Of a DNA stretch of 64,000 bases, positions 36,015 to 47,956 are shown piece after piece. The notes beneath the pieces were generated by a model that saw nothing but the letters and a program-made list of their open reading frames with translations, ran no database searches and was not told where the DNA came from. The translations under genes and the position numbers were made by a program. The DNA is from Scyliorhinus canicula (taxonomy: Eukaryota), in assembly GCF_902713615.1 (NCBI RefSeq), contig NC_052152.1, positions 139,984,815 through 140,048,814 of the forward strand, in the 5' to 3' direction. Numbering within the stretch: the first letter of the stretch is position 1; every line of letters begins with the position of its first letter.

Positions 36015-36940
36015 ATGGAAGGTGAGTTTAAAGCCCTGGCTTGCTCCTCCTGCTGTTCCAGAACCACCATATATGCAGGAAGTGTTCCCAGCTGCAGCTC
36101 CTGGAAGCTTATGTTTCAGAGCTGGCGCATTGGCTGGGGGCACTATGGAGCATCCGTGATGTGGAGAGTATCATGGATTGCACGTATAAAGAGGTTGTCA
36201 CACGGCAGGCTAAGATTCCACAGGCAGGAAGGGAATGAGTGACTACCAGGTGGAGCAAGAGGATTCTGCAGACTGTGCAGCAATCTCCTTTGTCCATTCC
36301 TCTGCAAAACGGATATACTGCTTTGAATACTGTTGTGGAAATGGCCTCTTCAGGGTGAAACAGAAACAGCCAAATTTGTTGCACCAAAGTTGGCTCTGCT
36401 GCACAGGAGAGGGGTAAATTTTGGGAATGCAATATTTAAAGAGAATTTAGTTGGAAGGAAATGGATAGGCGTTTCTGTGGCCACGAACGATACCCCAAGT
36501 TGTATGTTGCCTCCCTGGTGCTGGGGTCAAGGATGTCTCTGAGCAGCAAACGTACATTCAAAAGGGGGAGGGCAAACATCCAGTGGCCATGGGACATATT
36601 GGTACAAATGACATAGGTGAAAAAAGAGATGAGGTCCTAAAAGCAGAATATAGGGTGTTAGGAAGTAGGTTGAAAAGTTGGACCTCAAAAGCAGTGATAT
36701 CAGGATTACTACCACGCCATGTGCTTGTCAGAGCAGAAATATCAGGACATATCAGATGAATGCGTGGTTGAAGCAATGCTGTGAGGGGGGAGGGTTTGGA
36801 TTCCTAGGACATTGGTTGTGTGGTGGGGGACCAGTACAAACTGTACGGATTATACCTGGGCAGGGCTGGGACTGATGTCCTAGGGAGAGTATTTGCTTGA
36901 GTGCTTGGGGAGAGTTCAAACTAAAATGGCAGGGGGATGG
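36015..36940 (+). pseudogene. CR1 ORF1 (zinc finger/coiled coil + SGNH esterase)
   Basis: CSSC..ICRKCSQLQLLE; CCLPGAGVKDV; HIGTNDI; VISGLLP; MNAWL. Confidence 0.8.
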
Positions 36941-36944
36941 ACAC

Positions 36945-37285
36945 CTAGAAAGGTAGATAGTCAACATCTTTTCCCAAGGTTAGGGGTGTCTAAAAGTAGA
37001 GGGCATAGGTTTGGGGTGAGGGGAGAGAGATACAAAAGGCCCAGAGGGACAATATGTTCACACAGAGGGTGGTGAGTGTCTGGAGCGAGCTGCCAGAGGC
37101 AGTAGTAGAGGTGAGTACAATATTGTCTTTTAAAAAGCATTTAGGCAGTTATATGGGAAAGTTGCGTATGGAGGGATATACGTCAAATGCAGGCAATTGG
37201 TACTAGCGTAGTGGTAAAAATTGGGCGGCATGGATAAGTTGGGCCAAAGGGCCTGTTTTCATGCTGTAAACATCTATGACTCTAT
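36945..37285 (+). mobile_element. CR1 3' fragment nested in CR1
   Basis: KVDSQHLFPR..SRGHRF..FTQRVV; tail GGGCCAAAGGGCCTG..CTATGACTCTATG. Confidence 0.85.
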
Positions 37286-38577
37286 GCAAGGAGCGAAATA
37301 CATAGACAAGAACAAAAGACAGAAAGATGAATAAGAAAAGTGATAGACAGGGAAACCAAGGACCAGAATCAAACAGGGCCACAGTGAAAAATAATGGGAA
37401 CATGACACAGAATATTAAAAAGACAAGCCTTAAGGCTTTGTGTATTAATGCGTGGAGCTTTTGCAATAAAGTGGATGAATTATTCACGCAAATAGATATA
37501 ATGGATATGATATAGTTGTGATTACAAAGACATGACTCAGGGTGACCAGGGGTGGGAACTGTTCCTCCTGGGTATTCAGTATTTAGGAAGGACAGACAAA
37601 AAGGAAAATGTGGTGGGATTGCTTTGCTGGTTAAAAAGGACAATATGCAATATAGTGAGGAAGGATGAGTGTTGACAATGTGCAATCTGTATGGAGCTGA
37701 AAAACACCAAGAGGCAGAAAATGTGAGTGGAGGTGCATATAGACCCCCAAAATGTGGTGGAGATTTTGGAAATGGTATTAAACAGGGAATTAGAACTACA
37801 TGCTATAAAGGAACATCTGAAATGATATGCGACTTTAACCTGCATTTAAATTGGGCAAATCAAATAATTAACCACACCACAGAGGAAGAATTCTTGGAGT
37901 GTCTACGGGATGGTTTTCTGGACTAAAACACTGAGGAACCAACTGGAGAACAGGCCTTCCTAGACTGAGTATTGTGCAATGAGAAAGAAATAATTGGCAA
38001 TCTAGTTGTGCGAGCCCCCTTGGGGATGAGTGACCATAATATGATAGAGTTCTTCATCAAGGTGGAGAGTGACGCAGTTAATTCTGAGACTCGGGTCCTG
38101 AATCTAAATAAAGTAAACTGCTATGGTATGAGACGCAAGTTGGCTTTGATGGAGTGGGGAATGTTACTTAAAGGGATGATGGTGGATAGGCAATGCAATC
38201 ATTCAAAGAGCGCATGGCTGAACTGCAGCAATTGTTCATTCCTGTCTGGCACAAAAGGGAAGGGTGGCCAAACCATGGCTGACAAGGGAAATTAGAGATA
38301 GTTTTAGATGCAAGAAAGAGGCATACACATTGGCCAGAGAAAACAGCAGACCTGAGGATTGGGAACAGTTTAGAATTCAGCAAAGGAGGAAAAAGTGATT
38401 GATTAAGAAGGGGAAAATAAAGTATGAGAGTTTGCTTGTGTGGAACATAAAAGGTTTTCACAGGTATGTGAAGAGAAAAAGATTGGCGAAGACAAATGTT
38501 GGTCCCTTAAAGTCAGAAACAGGGGATATAATTCTGGGGAACAAAGAAATTGTTGTCCAACTAAGTATATATTTGAA

Positions 38578-38733
38578 GTGAAATGAAAAACGCTTATTGT
38601 CACAAGTAGGCTTCAAATGAAGTTACTGTGAAAAGCCCATAGTCGCCACATTCCAGCGCCTGTTCGGGAATTGAACCATGCTGCTGGCCTGCCTTGGTCT
38701 GCTTTCAAAGCCAGCGATTTAACCCTGTGCTAA
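38578..38733 (-). mobile_element. Short SINE, same family as 24896-25071
   Basis: Near-identical to 24896-25065 with a small internal deletion at CGGG. Confidence 0.8.
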
Positions 38734-39015
38734 TTTTGGTTCTGTCTTCACAAATATCACACCAGAAATGTTGGGGAACACAGGGTTTAGTCAAAGGGAG
38801 GAATAGAAGGAAATTAATATTAGTACAGTAGGTAAATGTTGTTGGGGAGGTTGACAGGATTGAAGGCTGATACATTCCCAGGGCCTGATAATCTAGATCC
38901 TAGAGTACTTAAGGAAGTGGTCCTCGAAATAGTGGATGTATTGGTGGCCATCTTCTAAGCTTTTTAAGACTCTGGAACAGTTCTTATAAGTTAGAAGATT
39001 GCGAATTAACCCCAC

Positions 39016-39596
39016 AGCCAGGATTCTCCAAGACTCCGCACCGCAATTGCACCCGGCGCAGGGATGGAGAATGGGGCATCAGACCCGTGACCAGAGAATC
39101 GGCGGCAGTCGCGCGCGCACAGTCGACACGGCGCCGGTCGAGGGCCGTTGAAAGAAGCCTCTGCGGTGATTCTCGTATGGTTCCGCCTGGCGGGAGTTCG
39201 GAGTCGCGGCTGCGGTGGCCGTCCTGGTTGTGGGGTGCCAATAGACCCGTCACGGGGGAGGCCTTCATGACGGCCAGGCCGGCGATCAGGCGCCACCGAT
39301 CGGCAGGCGCGAGCAATCTGGGGGGGCCTACATCTTCGGTGCTGACCCGCAGTGTGGGTCAGCCATGTCACATGGGGCCAGCGCCACAGGCGGCTGCCGC
39401 GCACATGCACGGGCCAGTGGCTGGAAGTGCAGGGCCCCGTATCGGCAGCCGGAGCTGCGTGGAGCACTCCGGGGCCCTGCTAGCCCTCTTAAAAAAGGAG
39501 AATCACCCCAGACTTTCCAGAAAAAAGTCTGGAGTGATTCGCACCCATTTTCTCTCAGGCTTGGGGACATAGCCCCATTACTGGAGAATCCCGCCC
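39016..39596. mobile_element. Harbinger-type MITE nested in CR1
   Basis: AGCCAGGATTCTCC ... GGAGAATCCCGCCC; TSD CAC. Confidence 0.88.
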
Positions 39597-39659
39597 CACT
39601 ATTTAAAAAGGGACATATAGAGAAAACATGGAATTATGGACCTGTAAGCCTGAAGTCAA

Positions 39660-40048
39660 TGTGGTATTATCAGGCTACCAGAACTGCAAGGGTAAATGAA
39701 GTGTCAGGTGTAGCCACTAGAGGGAGCTACAGTTACAGCTATATAGGGCAGTGATGCTAAGCCTTTGTGGCAGAGTCGGAGAGAATGTGTGCAGGAGCTA
39801 GCTAATGAGAGTCAGAAGAGCAGATAGTGTAAGTGAGTGTGAATCATAGTTTAAACCAGTAGTGAGATTAGCTGTAGATGAGTGTAATTTAGATGTTATT
39901 AATCAACTGGGTATTCTTTCGGAGTATGTGTCAAATCCAAGTTAGTAGTGTTAATAAATTTATAGCTTTGTTTAAGTTAAAGCTATTTTGTGGTTTTTAT
40001 AGACACTACACCAACCATCTGGAAATAAGCAACACAAAGAACACCACA
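39660..40048 (+). mobile_element. Gypsy solo LTR nested in CR1
   Basis: TGTGG...CCACA; homologous to 8853-9222; flanks GTCAA/GTTGA. Confidence 0.85.
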
Positions 40049-40151
40049 GTTGATAGTGGGGGAAATGCTTGGGTCTATTTAAAGATTCAATAGCAGAGCA
40101 CTTGGAAAACAGTGGCAGGATTGGACAGATTCAGACACGTCTTAAGGTGAG

Positions 40152-40446
40152 GCTAATCTTCATTGTCAAACGTACGCTTACATTAACATTGCAATGAAGT
40201 GACCATGAAAAGGCCCCAGTTGTCACATTCTGGCGCCTGTTCGGGTACACGGCGGGAGAATTCAGAATGTGCAAATGACCTAACAGCATGTCTTTCGGGA
40301 CTCGTGGGAGGAAACCGGAGCACACAAAGGAAACCCACGCAGACACAGGGAGAATGTGCAGACTCTGCACAGACAGTGACCTAAGCCAAGAATCGAACCT
40401 GGGACCCTGGCAAGCAACAATTCTCACCATAGTGCTACCGTGCCAC
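40152..40446 (-). mobile_element. HE1-head SINE with Rex1-type tail
   Basis: Homologous to 7401-7694. Confidence 0.85.
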
Positions 40447-40751
40447 CTGAATCAGCCTGGATTTACGAAAGGGTAACCATGTTTGATAAATCTACTAGAA
40501 TTCTTTGAGTATGTAATTAATAGAATTGACAAGGGGGAAGCCAGTGGATTTCAATTATTTAGACTTTCAGAAGGCTTAAGAGCTTCTATAAAGAAGCAGA
40601 ACTGATTTAGCTGTGATATCTCCTATTCTTTATCCAAACCGACACGTGGCACTGCAGGTCAGCCAGCAGTAGTTTAATTACAACAGTTAAAACCAGCTCT
40701 TGTATCACTGGAGCGAAAGGAAATTATCACCTATAAGCAAATTATACATTT

Positions 40752-41308
40752 TATTTCTTTTATATAAATTTAGAGTACCCAATTCATTTTTTTCCAATTA
40801 AGGGGCAATTTATCATAGCCAATCCACCTACCCTGCACATCTTTGGGTTTTGGAGGCAAAACCCATGCAAACACGGGGAGAATGTGCAAACTCCACACAG
40901 AACATAGAACATACAGTGCAGAAGGAGACCATTCGGCCCGTCGAGTCTGCACCGACCAACATTAAGCCCTCACTTCCACTCTATCCCCGTAATCCAATAA
41001 CCGCTCCTAACCTTTTTGGACACTAAGGACAATTTAGCATGGCCAATCCACCTAACCTGCACATCTTTGGACTGTGGGAGGAAACCGGAGCACCCGGAAA
41101 AAACTCACGCAGACACCGGGAGAACGTGCAGACTCCGCACAGTGAACCAGCGGAGAATCGAACCTGGGACACTGGCGCTGTGAAGCCACAGTGCTATCCA
41201 CTTGTGCTATCGTGCTGCCCTAATGGACAGTGACCCAGAGCCGGGGTCGAACCTGGGACCTCGGCGCCGTGAGGCAGCAATGCTAACCACTGTGTCACCG
41301 TGCTGCCC
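40752..41308 (-). mobile_element. Short A-tailed HE1-related SINE split by a full HE1 copy
   Basis: Halves 40752-40897 and 41224-41308 are collinear with 23290-23493. Confidence 0.85.
40898..41220 (-). mobile_element. HE1-type SINE, CR1-type tail
   Basis: AGAACATAGAACAT tail on +, core, B-box, head ..CGTGCTGCCC. Confidence 0.88.
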
Positions 41309-42722
41309 TAAAATCTACAATTTAAAATATGTGTTGTGGCAGCTGGAGCATGGATAATAGCATAGGTTTATATTTTAGAGGATTCAGAATTCAATTTTTC
41401 CAAGAACTCCTTTAAAATAAATTAATAACAAAATGTATCATATGTATGTATAGGTGCAAGATTAAATCCTATTATATTGTACAGAAGAAAAGGAATCTCC
41501 TGTAAGATGCACAGAACCTTTCATTCTTCAGATTTGTTTTTCTATCAGCATTGTATTACGGACTAATTCAGCAGGAATTCTGCCAAGCAGCTTTAAAGTT
41601 TGATTTAAACTCACTGCACATGAACAAGAATTACATTTGCAAAACTCCTCAAGTCTCTGCCTATACCAAACTGTGGCAGTAATTCAAACACATTTTTTTT
41701 AAGTACATGCAAATAAGCACAGGCAGCACAGTTATCTAGACTTAAAAAGTTTATGCATAAGCACAGCCGTGTGGAATTAATGTGGTTGATGCTGAGAATG
41801 CAGGTACTTTATAGCACATTTAGGGAGTTCAACGCTCTCAAGTACCATCTCCTTGATGGTTATTGCAGTGCTGCTGTACATGTTCTCCCTCTCTCCTCTC
41901 CCACAAGCTTGCCATTGAAAACTTCCTGACCACTGTCTTTTGTTTGACTTGTCTCCTGTATGTCTTTCACTCTTTCTCTATCTCTCACGACCAAATCTTC
42001 AAGTCTCTGGAAAGTCGAAGTCCAGACGTACTATTGAAGCTACATTTCAAGATTCTATGGAAGGTCTGATGCGTGGACCTATGTGGGAATTGCCCGGGAA
42101 GTTTAATCATCCGAATGGGCAACACTCATCCTTTCCATGACCCTCCACAAAAATCTCTGATGATGGGTTTGAGCACAAGACTTGTGACAGGTCTGCGGCA
42201 CTTACCTGGATATTTATTCATAGAGTTTTACAGCTCAGAAAGAGGCCCTTCGGCCGATCATGTCTGCGCTGGCCAAAAAGCACCTATCCATTCAAATCCC
42301 ATTTTCCAGCAATTGGTCCGTAGCCAAATGTTAGGAAATGTCAGGCAGATTAAAACCTGGTGTAACGCCTGGGTTGACTCCACAACCAACCACCCTATCA
42401 TCACTTCCACCAGCCCATGCAGCAACCCCTGAACCACCCCTGCCCCCCCCCCCCCCCCCCCCCCCCCAACCAGGATCCCTCCATGCTACCCCCTGGCTGC
42501 ACCAGACCCAACAATTACCCTTTCCCAGAACCGACATTGCACCTCACCTCCTATCTACCTCCTCACCGTACTCAACTACCTACCCTACCTATTTACCCGC
42601 CTACCCATCTCACCCACTCATCCCAGACCCTGCTCCTATATTCTATTTCTCTTTGATTATCTACTAAGTCAGTCACTCCCCTCACCCATTCGTGCATTCA
42701 TTCACCAACATTCTGAGACTGG

Positions 42723-42884
42723 AGGATGGATTCTCCGTCGGCGAGATCCTCCCCTTTGCCGTCAGCGCACTCACGCCTGGGAGTAAGATGGGAAACATTG
42801 GCCGACTGCCGCGATGGAGGATCCCGCTGCTGGCAAGATGCACCGCACCAGAAAAATGGTGTGGCGGGGCAGAGAATCCCGCCC
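42723..42884. mobile_element. Small Harbinger-type MITE
   Basis: AGGATGGATTCTCC ... AGAGAATCCCGCCC; related to 30641-30792. Confidence 0.8.
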
Positions 42885-42924
42885 TAGATCTTTATACTTG
42901 TAGCTAATGCCGTAAAAGCACATA

Positions 42925-43310
42925 ATGCGGGATTCTCTCAGCCCAGGCCGGGCCAGAGAATCGGCGGAACGGGCATTAATCGCGCGACGACACCCCGACG
43001 TGGTCCGCTGATTCTCCGGAGAGTGGAAAATCGCCGCCATTGGTGCCAGCACAGTCGGCGTGGCGCCGGTCCTGCAGCGATTCTCGGCGCCATTCTAACC
43101 TTGTCTTACCTGGTGTGACCTCGGCGTGAATGGATCCGGGGGCGGCCTGGTGGGTGGGGGGGAGGAGGGGGGGGGGGTCACTCCAGTGCCCTGCTGGCCC
43201 CCTGCAGGTGTCAGAATCGCTGCTCCTGAGGCCATGTTGACGCCGTTGAGAAACGCAACGGCGTTTATGACAATGTCAACACTTAGCGTCAGGATCAGAG
43301 AATCCCACCC
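42925..43310. mobile_element. Harbinger-type MITE, internally deleted
   Basis: ATGCGGGATTCTCT ... AGAGAATCCCACCC; TSD ATA. Confidence 0.82.
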
Positions 43311-43769
43311 ATATTTCATGAGTTCCCCCAACTACTCCTCTACGGAGTTTTCTGAGGGATGTCTTACTGCACATTTCTTTGATAGCAGGGATCGGAAGAC
43401 CTGCAGTAGCTTCGGACCGAGAGAATCTTCATGCACAGTGACACTGCGCTCAACATTGCAAAGTCTCGGAAAATTCAGGCAAATATTTCTCTGCCTCCTT
43501 TCTCATCGGTACTCACTTCATTTCCACTCTTTTCAATCCAGTTCTGTTTCATGAAGATTCTGAGACAAGAAAAATAGAAAAGTAAAGTAGAGATCCCAAT
43601 TATACTAACTTCTGCCATACTCTAAGTGAGAAACTAGGCAATGGATTAACTATTCTGTTTAAGTTTAAGCACTCAAAATAAATAATTGAGGAGAAGTTAG
43701 TACTTCAATCAATATTTTGTATGGTTACATGCTGGTGTATTGAAATTGTATGCCAGAAACCTACATTTT

Positions 43770-44010
43770 TTATTCACTTTACTCCAGCTCTCGGAAATTT
43801 TCCAAAGTATGACGTGCCCTTACTTTATTTTAAATTGAGTAACTGGTTATGCAATGCAAGTATTGCAGCATTTTACACAAAGAAAGATCCCATAAATGCC
43901 ATGAGATGCAATGACCAATCTTTGATTTTGGTTGATGAACCAATGTTGTCCTGGACACCAAGAGAAATCCTTTTGAATGGTGCAATAAGATCTTCAGCAT
44001 ATCCCTAAAG
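43770..44010 (-). mobile_element. Old Deu-domain SINE fragment
   Basis: AAGATCCCATAAA..GACCA..TTGGTTGA..GGACACCAAGAGAAA block collinear with 15400-15540. Confidence 0.5.
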
Positions 44011-44369
44011 TCCAAGGATTGGCAGAGCAACAATTTGCTTTTAATTGTGTAGCATTGTTTCAGCGCCAGACGGAGAGATGGTGGTATAGTGATAATGGGA
44101 AAGATTTCTTCACGAATCGGCAAAGGCCGATGCCGGGCAGGAAATGTGGAATTGAGTCCACTGATGCCAATGGAGGCTTTTCTCGTCATATAGTGCAACA
44201 CTTAGTGCCAAAGATTTTCATCTATGGGTTCAATGTGGGACAGACTGATTCACACATCCTTCCATCACCTCAACATTGCAAACATCAGGGTGCCATATTT
44301 AATAACTGCCCCAGCACGCACCAGCCACACTTTGTCAGTCTGGGGTAAGTGATGACTTCCCACCCCCAA

Positions 44370-45395
44370 GTTTTCAGACATCTCCCTGGAGAGACTCCTG
44401 GGTGTAGCTGAAGCTCAATGTGATGTCCTCTACCTGCGCACAGGAAGAGGCGGTAGCAGCAGCGGTCAGTGTTAAAGCCATGCAGAAGAGGACAGCCTGT
44501 GCAGGAAGAGGATGAATTACCTTCTCTATTCTGCCACGATAAGTCACTCTTCTCATTCTCAAGTCACACATCCACAGAAACCTCACTGCCTGCCAACTCA
44601 AGAGACACCATCACTCACTCCCCCACACACACCTCTAACTCTCCTGAGGGTCATGTCCCCATCACCTTGCTAGTCCCACATCACCTCGCTAGTCACACAC
44701 ACAATCTGCACACACCAAGCATCCTTATCATCTGCTCAGGCACGTATCCTTCTTGCACTCTCCCATCTGTTATCATGCAGAAAAAGCAGGTTCACAATAA
44801 GAGTTAGAGGTCACAGATGAGCAGAGGGATGCAAGATCTAAAGCTCCTCACTGACTTTAAGGGCTGAGCTATCCAGCTGGCTGGGGAGGACGTCGCTCGC
44901 TCCAGTGCTGATGGTGAGGTCAGCCACGCTCAACCAAGTGAGTATCCAGCACTGGAACACCCATCAGGGAACCATGCTGTGAGTCATGTCTCCTGTTTCA
45001 GACACTTGCCATGCAGTAATTTCCTCTCCTTTCCGTCACAGGCACATCTGGGAAGCAGATGACAGAATCCACCAGCCAGTCCTCAACTCCAGCTCTGAGA
45101 GAAATGTAAAAGAGGAATTCACAGACCCCGGCATTGAAGACCCATCGCTGCGCTCACCCACACTCTCCACCAATACAGAGACACGCACTTCGTTTTAGAG
45201 CAACCTCGGGTCACAATCTGGTGAGTACCCTACACTGTCAGAGCCATAGCTGGCAAAGGCAAGGAACTCACAGGAGGATTGCTGGAGCTTGTAATCTGCT
45301 TAGTCCCAGCCAGATGATGTGCCTCTGGGCTTGGATGTGCATTAGTTGCTGGAGCTCCAGAGGTAAACATGGGAAAATCAGGAAGAGATATCTGG
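44370..45395 (+). pseudogene. Harbinger Myb/SANT-like accessory gene remnant with two introns
   Basis: SLERLL..AVAAAVS..CRKRMNYLL (Myb/SANT-like helix 3); exon/intron layout collinear with 59100-60174. Confidence 0.65.
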
Positions 45396-45640
45396 TACAG
45401 ATTTGGACTGTATGGGTTGCCTCCGGGTGCCCCGGTTTCCTCCCACAGTCTAAAGATGTATAGAGCAGGTGGATTGGCCATGATAAATTGTCCCTTAGTG
45501 TTCTGGGATATGCAGGTTAGGTGAAAGAGTTGGAGGGTTGCGGTGGAGAGTGAACATGGGTGGAGTGCTCATTTGAAGGGTCGGTGCAGGCTCGATGGGC
45601 TGAATGTTCTCCTTCTGCTCTGTAGGGATTCTATGACTCT
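45396..45640 (+). mobile_element. HE1 SINE, 5'-truncated
   Basis: CTCCGGGTGCCCCGGTTTCCTCCCACAGTC, core, tail CTATGACTCTA. Confidence 0.8.
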
Positions 45641-46455
45641 AAGTGTAATTTTCTGCAATAATGCAGCTGCTGCACTTTATCTTCTGGTTTAAATTTCTTG
45701 GGTGCATTCTCTTCAAGCGTTCTGTCCTTTTAAATGTTTCGTCCACCTTTTCGAAATTGGATCAGATTTTTGAACACCTGGGGGAATGTTCAAAATTTGC
45801 ACAACAAACTCCATAAAACAATGCATTGAGGAATGTCTTGACGCATTCCACAGGAAAAATTATTTCAGGTAATATTTTGCAACCGAATCCTAAAGTAAAT
45901 TAATTATTCAGCAAAGTCTCTCCAAAGTGTCTGTTAAGCTGAACTTTTTGCACACGGAAATTTTGATATTGCTTTGATATTTTAAAGCCTGCTAAAGGTT
46001 AAATTATTTCATTTAATGGCTTGAAGTTAAATGAAACCAACTAATTAATCAACCAGGAAGCTTGGAGTTTAAAACTCTCTTTGCATTTATAATTAATTGA
46101 CATTTATGAGTCATTTTTCACTGATAGAAACTATTTTGGATCCAGTATGTAAAGAAACTAGTTAATTTTTTCGAGCAACTTTACAACAAGACTGTTAACA
46201 GTCTGCAGAGATAACCAAAGCATATTTAGTTACAATGCTCCTTAAAGCCTCATGAAGCAGTTGGTCTCTTCCCAACCTCCAATCTCATATTTTTTTAAAG
46301 GCGATGAGCCAGGTTGGGCCTTGAATCAAATTTAAAATACCATTTTAAAGGTGGTGTGAAAAATGCCTACAAATACCGTGATTGAAATGCAAAATCATCG
46401 GACCTATGTCCACGGGCAGAGGATTACAGAAAAATTATCCAGGCAAATTGATAGC

Positions 46456-46804
46456 TTTTGTTTTTTGGTTCAGGGGGTGTGGGCACCGCAGGCTAGATCA
46501 GCATTAATTGCCCATCCCTAATTGTCCTTGAACTGAGTGGTTTGCTAAGCCATTTAAGAGTCAACCACATTGCTCTGAGTCTGGAATCACATGGAGGCCA
46601 GACCAGGTAAGGACTGCAGATTTCCATTTCAAGTGACCAGATAGGTTTTTACAATAATGGCTTCATAGCCATCAATAGACTTTTAATTCCAGATATTTAT
46701 TGAATTCAAATTTCATCTGCCATTGTGGGATGAGAACCCAAGTCCCCAGAGCATTACACTAGATCTCTGGATTACTAGTCCAGTGACAATACCACTACAC
46801 CACT
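46456..46804 (-). mobile_element. Older tRNA-derived SINE (non-HE1)
   Basis: Minus strand GTGGTGTAGTGGTA (A box)..GGGTTCTCATCCC (B box); tail GGACAATTAGGGATGGGCAATTAATGCT.. followed by an A-rich end. Confidence 0.7.
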
Positions 46805-46942
46805 CTTGGCTACATGGCAAGCAGTTCAAATACTAGGGAACACAAGGAACTTACAATAACATCTGCATTCCGATAACCATTCACAGGTAATTTCAATGGA
46901 AATAAAAATGACGAGTGATGTAGAACAGGCTGCTGACTCCTT

Positions 46943-47608
46943 GGGCGGGATTCTCCAACCCCCCGCCAGGTCGGAATTCTCCGGCCCACCAAAAATCGCC
47001 CCCGCGTGAATCACGCCGCCCGCCTCGGAGAAGGGCAGGGACCGGCGCGACTCCATAGGCCCCAGGGCTGCCTGCATTCTCCGACCCGTGATGGGCCAAA
47101 GTCCCGCCCGTTCTTTGCCAGTCCCGCGGCGTAAATTAGAGTAGGTCCTTACCGGCGGGACCTGGTGGCGCGGGCAGCCTCCGTGGTCCTTGGGGGGGGT
47201 GCGGGGGGATCTGGCCCCAGGAGGTGCCCCCACGGTGGCCTAGCCCGCGATCAGGGCCCACTGAGTGCTGTGGCAGCACTCTGTTCTTCCACACCGGCGG
47301 CTGTAGCAGTCCTCCATTGCCGGTGCGGAAACAAAGCCCTCTGCGCATGCACTGGGAAGATGCCAGCACACGCTGGTGCTCCTGTGCATGCGCCAACTCA
47401 CCTGGCTGGCGGAGGCCCTTCAGCGCTGGTTGGTGTGGCGCCAAGCCCCATTCCCGCTGACTGGCAGGGAGCAAAACACTCCGGGGCAGGCCTAGCCCCT
47501 GAAGGTGCGGAGGATTCCGCACCTTTGCGGCTGCCCGACACCGGAGTGGTTCGCGCCACTCCTCGGCGCTAGGACCCCCGCTCCACCGGTTAGGGGAGAA
47601 TCCCGCCT
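46943..47608. mobile_element. Harbinger-type MITE
   Basis: GGGCGGGATTCTCC ... GGAGAATCCCGCCT; TSD CTT. Confidence 0.92.
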
Positions 47609-47956
47609 CTTATCACCCAAAGACAAAATTAACTTCTTCAATGTAGATAAATATAAAGAGTAAGTATTATGGAATACGTTATCAAGAAAGATCCAGCAAA
47701 GTAAGTAATAAAAGACAGCTATATGTAAATGGGATGGGATAGTAGGGGTATGATGAGAAGATCGGGGGATAGTGTTTATCTGTGAGAAAGGGGTGGGCTT
47801 ATTAAGCCTCAGTCTTTTCTCATTCGAAAGATTCACATCATTACATGAGATCCTTCTAATTTTTGTATGGAATTCTCAAAATTCAAGGAAGCCTTCTCTT
47901 TTCTCAGCTAACTTGAGACTTTGACACAAGGAGGCAGAATTTAGCAGCGGATGGAT

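Larger units (their letters stand above)
35790..40578 (+). mobile_element. CR1 LINE with 5' UTR, ORF1, endonuclease and partial RT; 3'-truncated, at least five nested insertions
   Basis: ORF1 MEGEFKALACSSC; ORF2 ALCINAWSFCNKVDEL, AYRPP, GMSDHNMIEF, PGPD, NYGPVSL, YLDFQKA. Confidence 0.88.
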
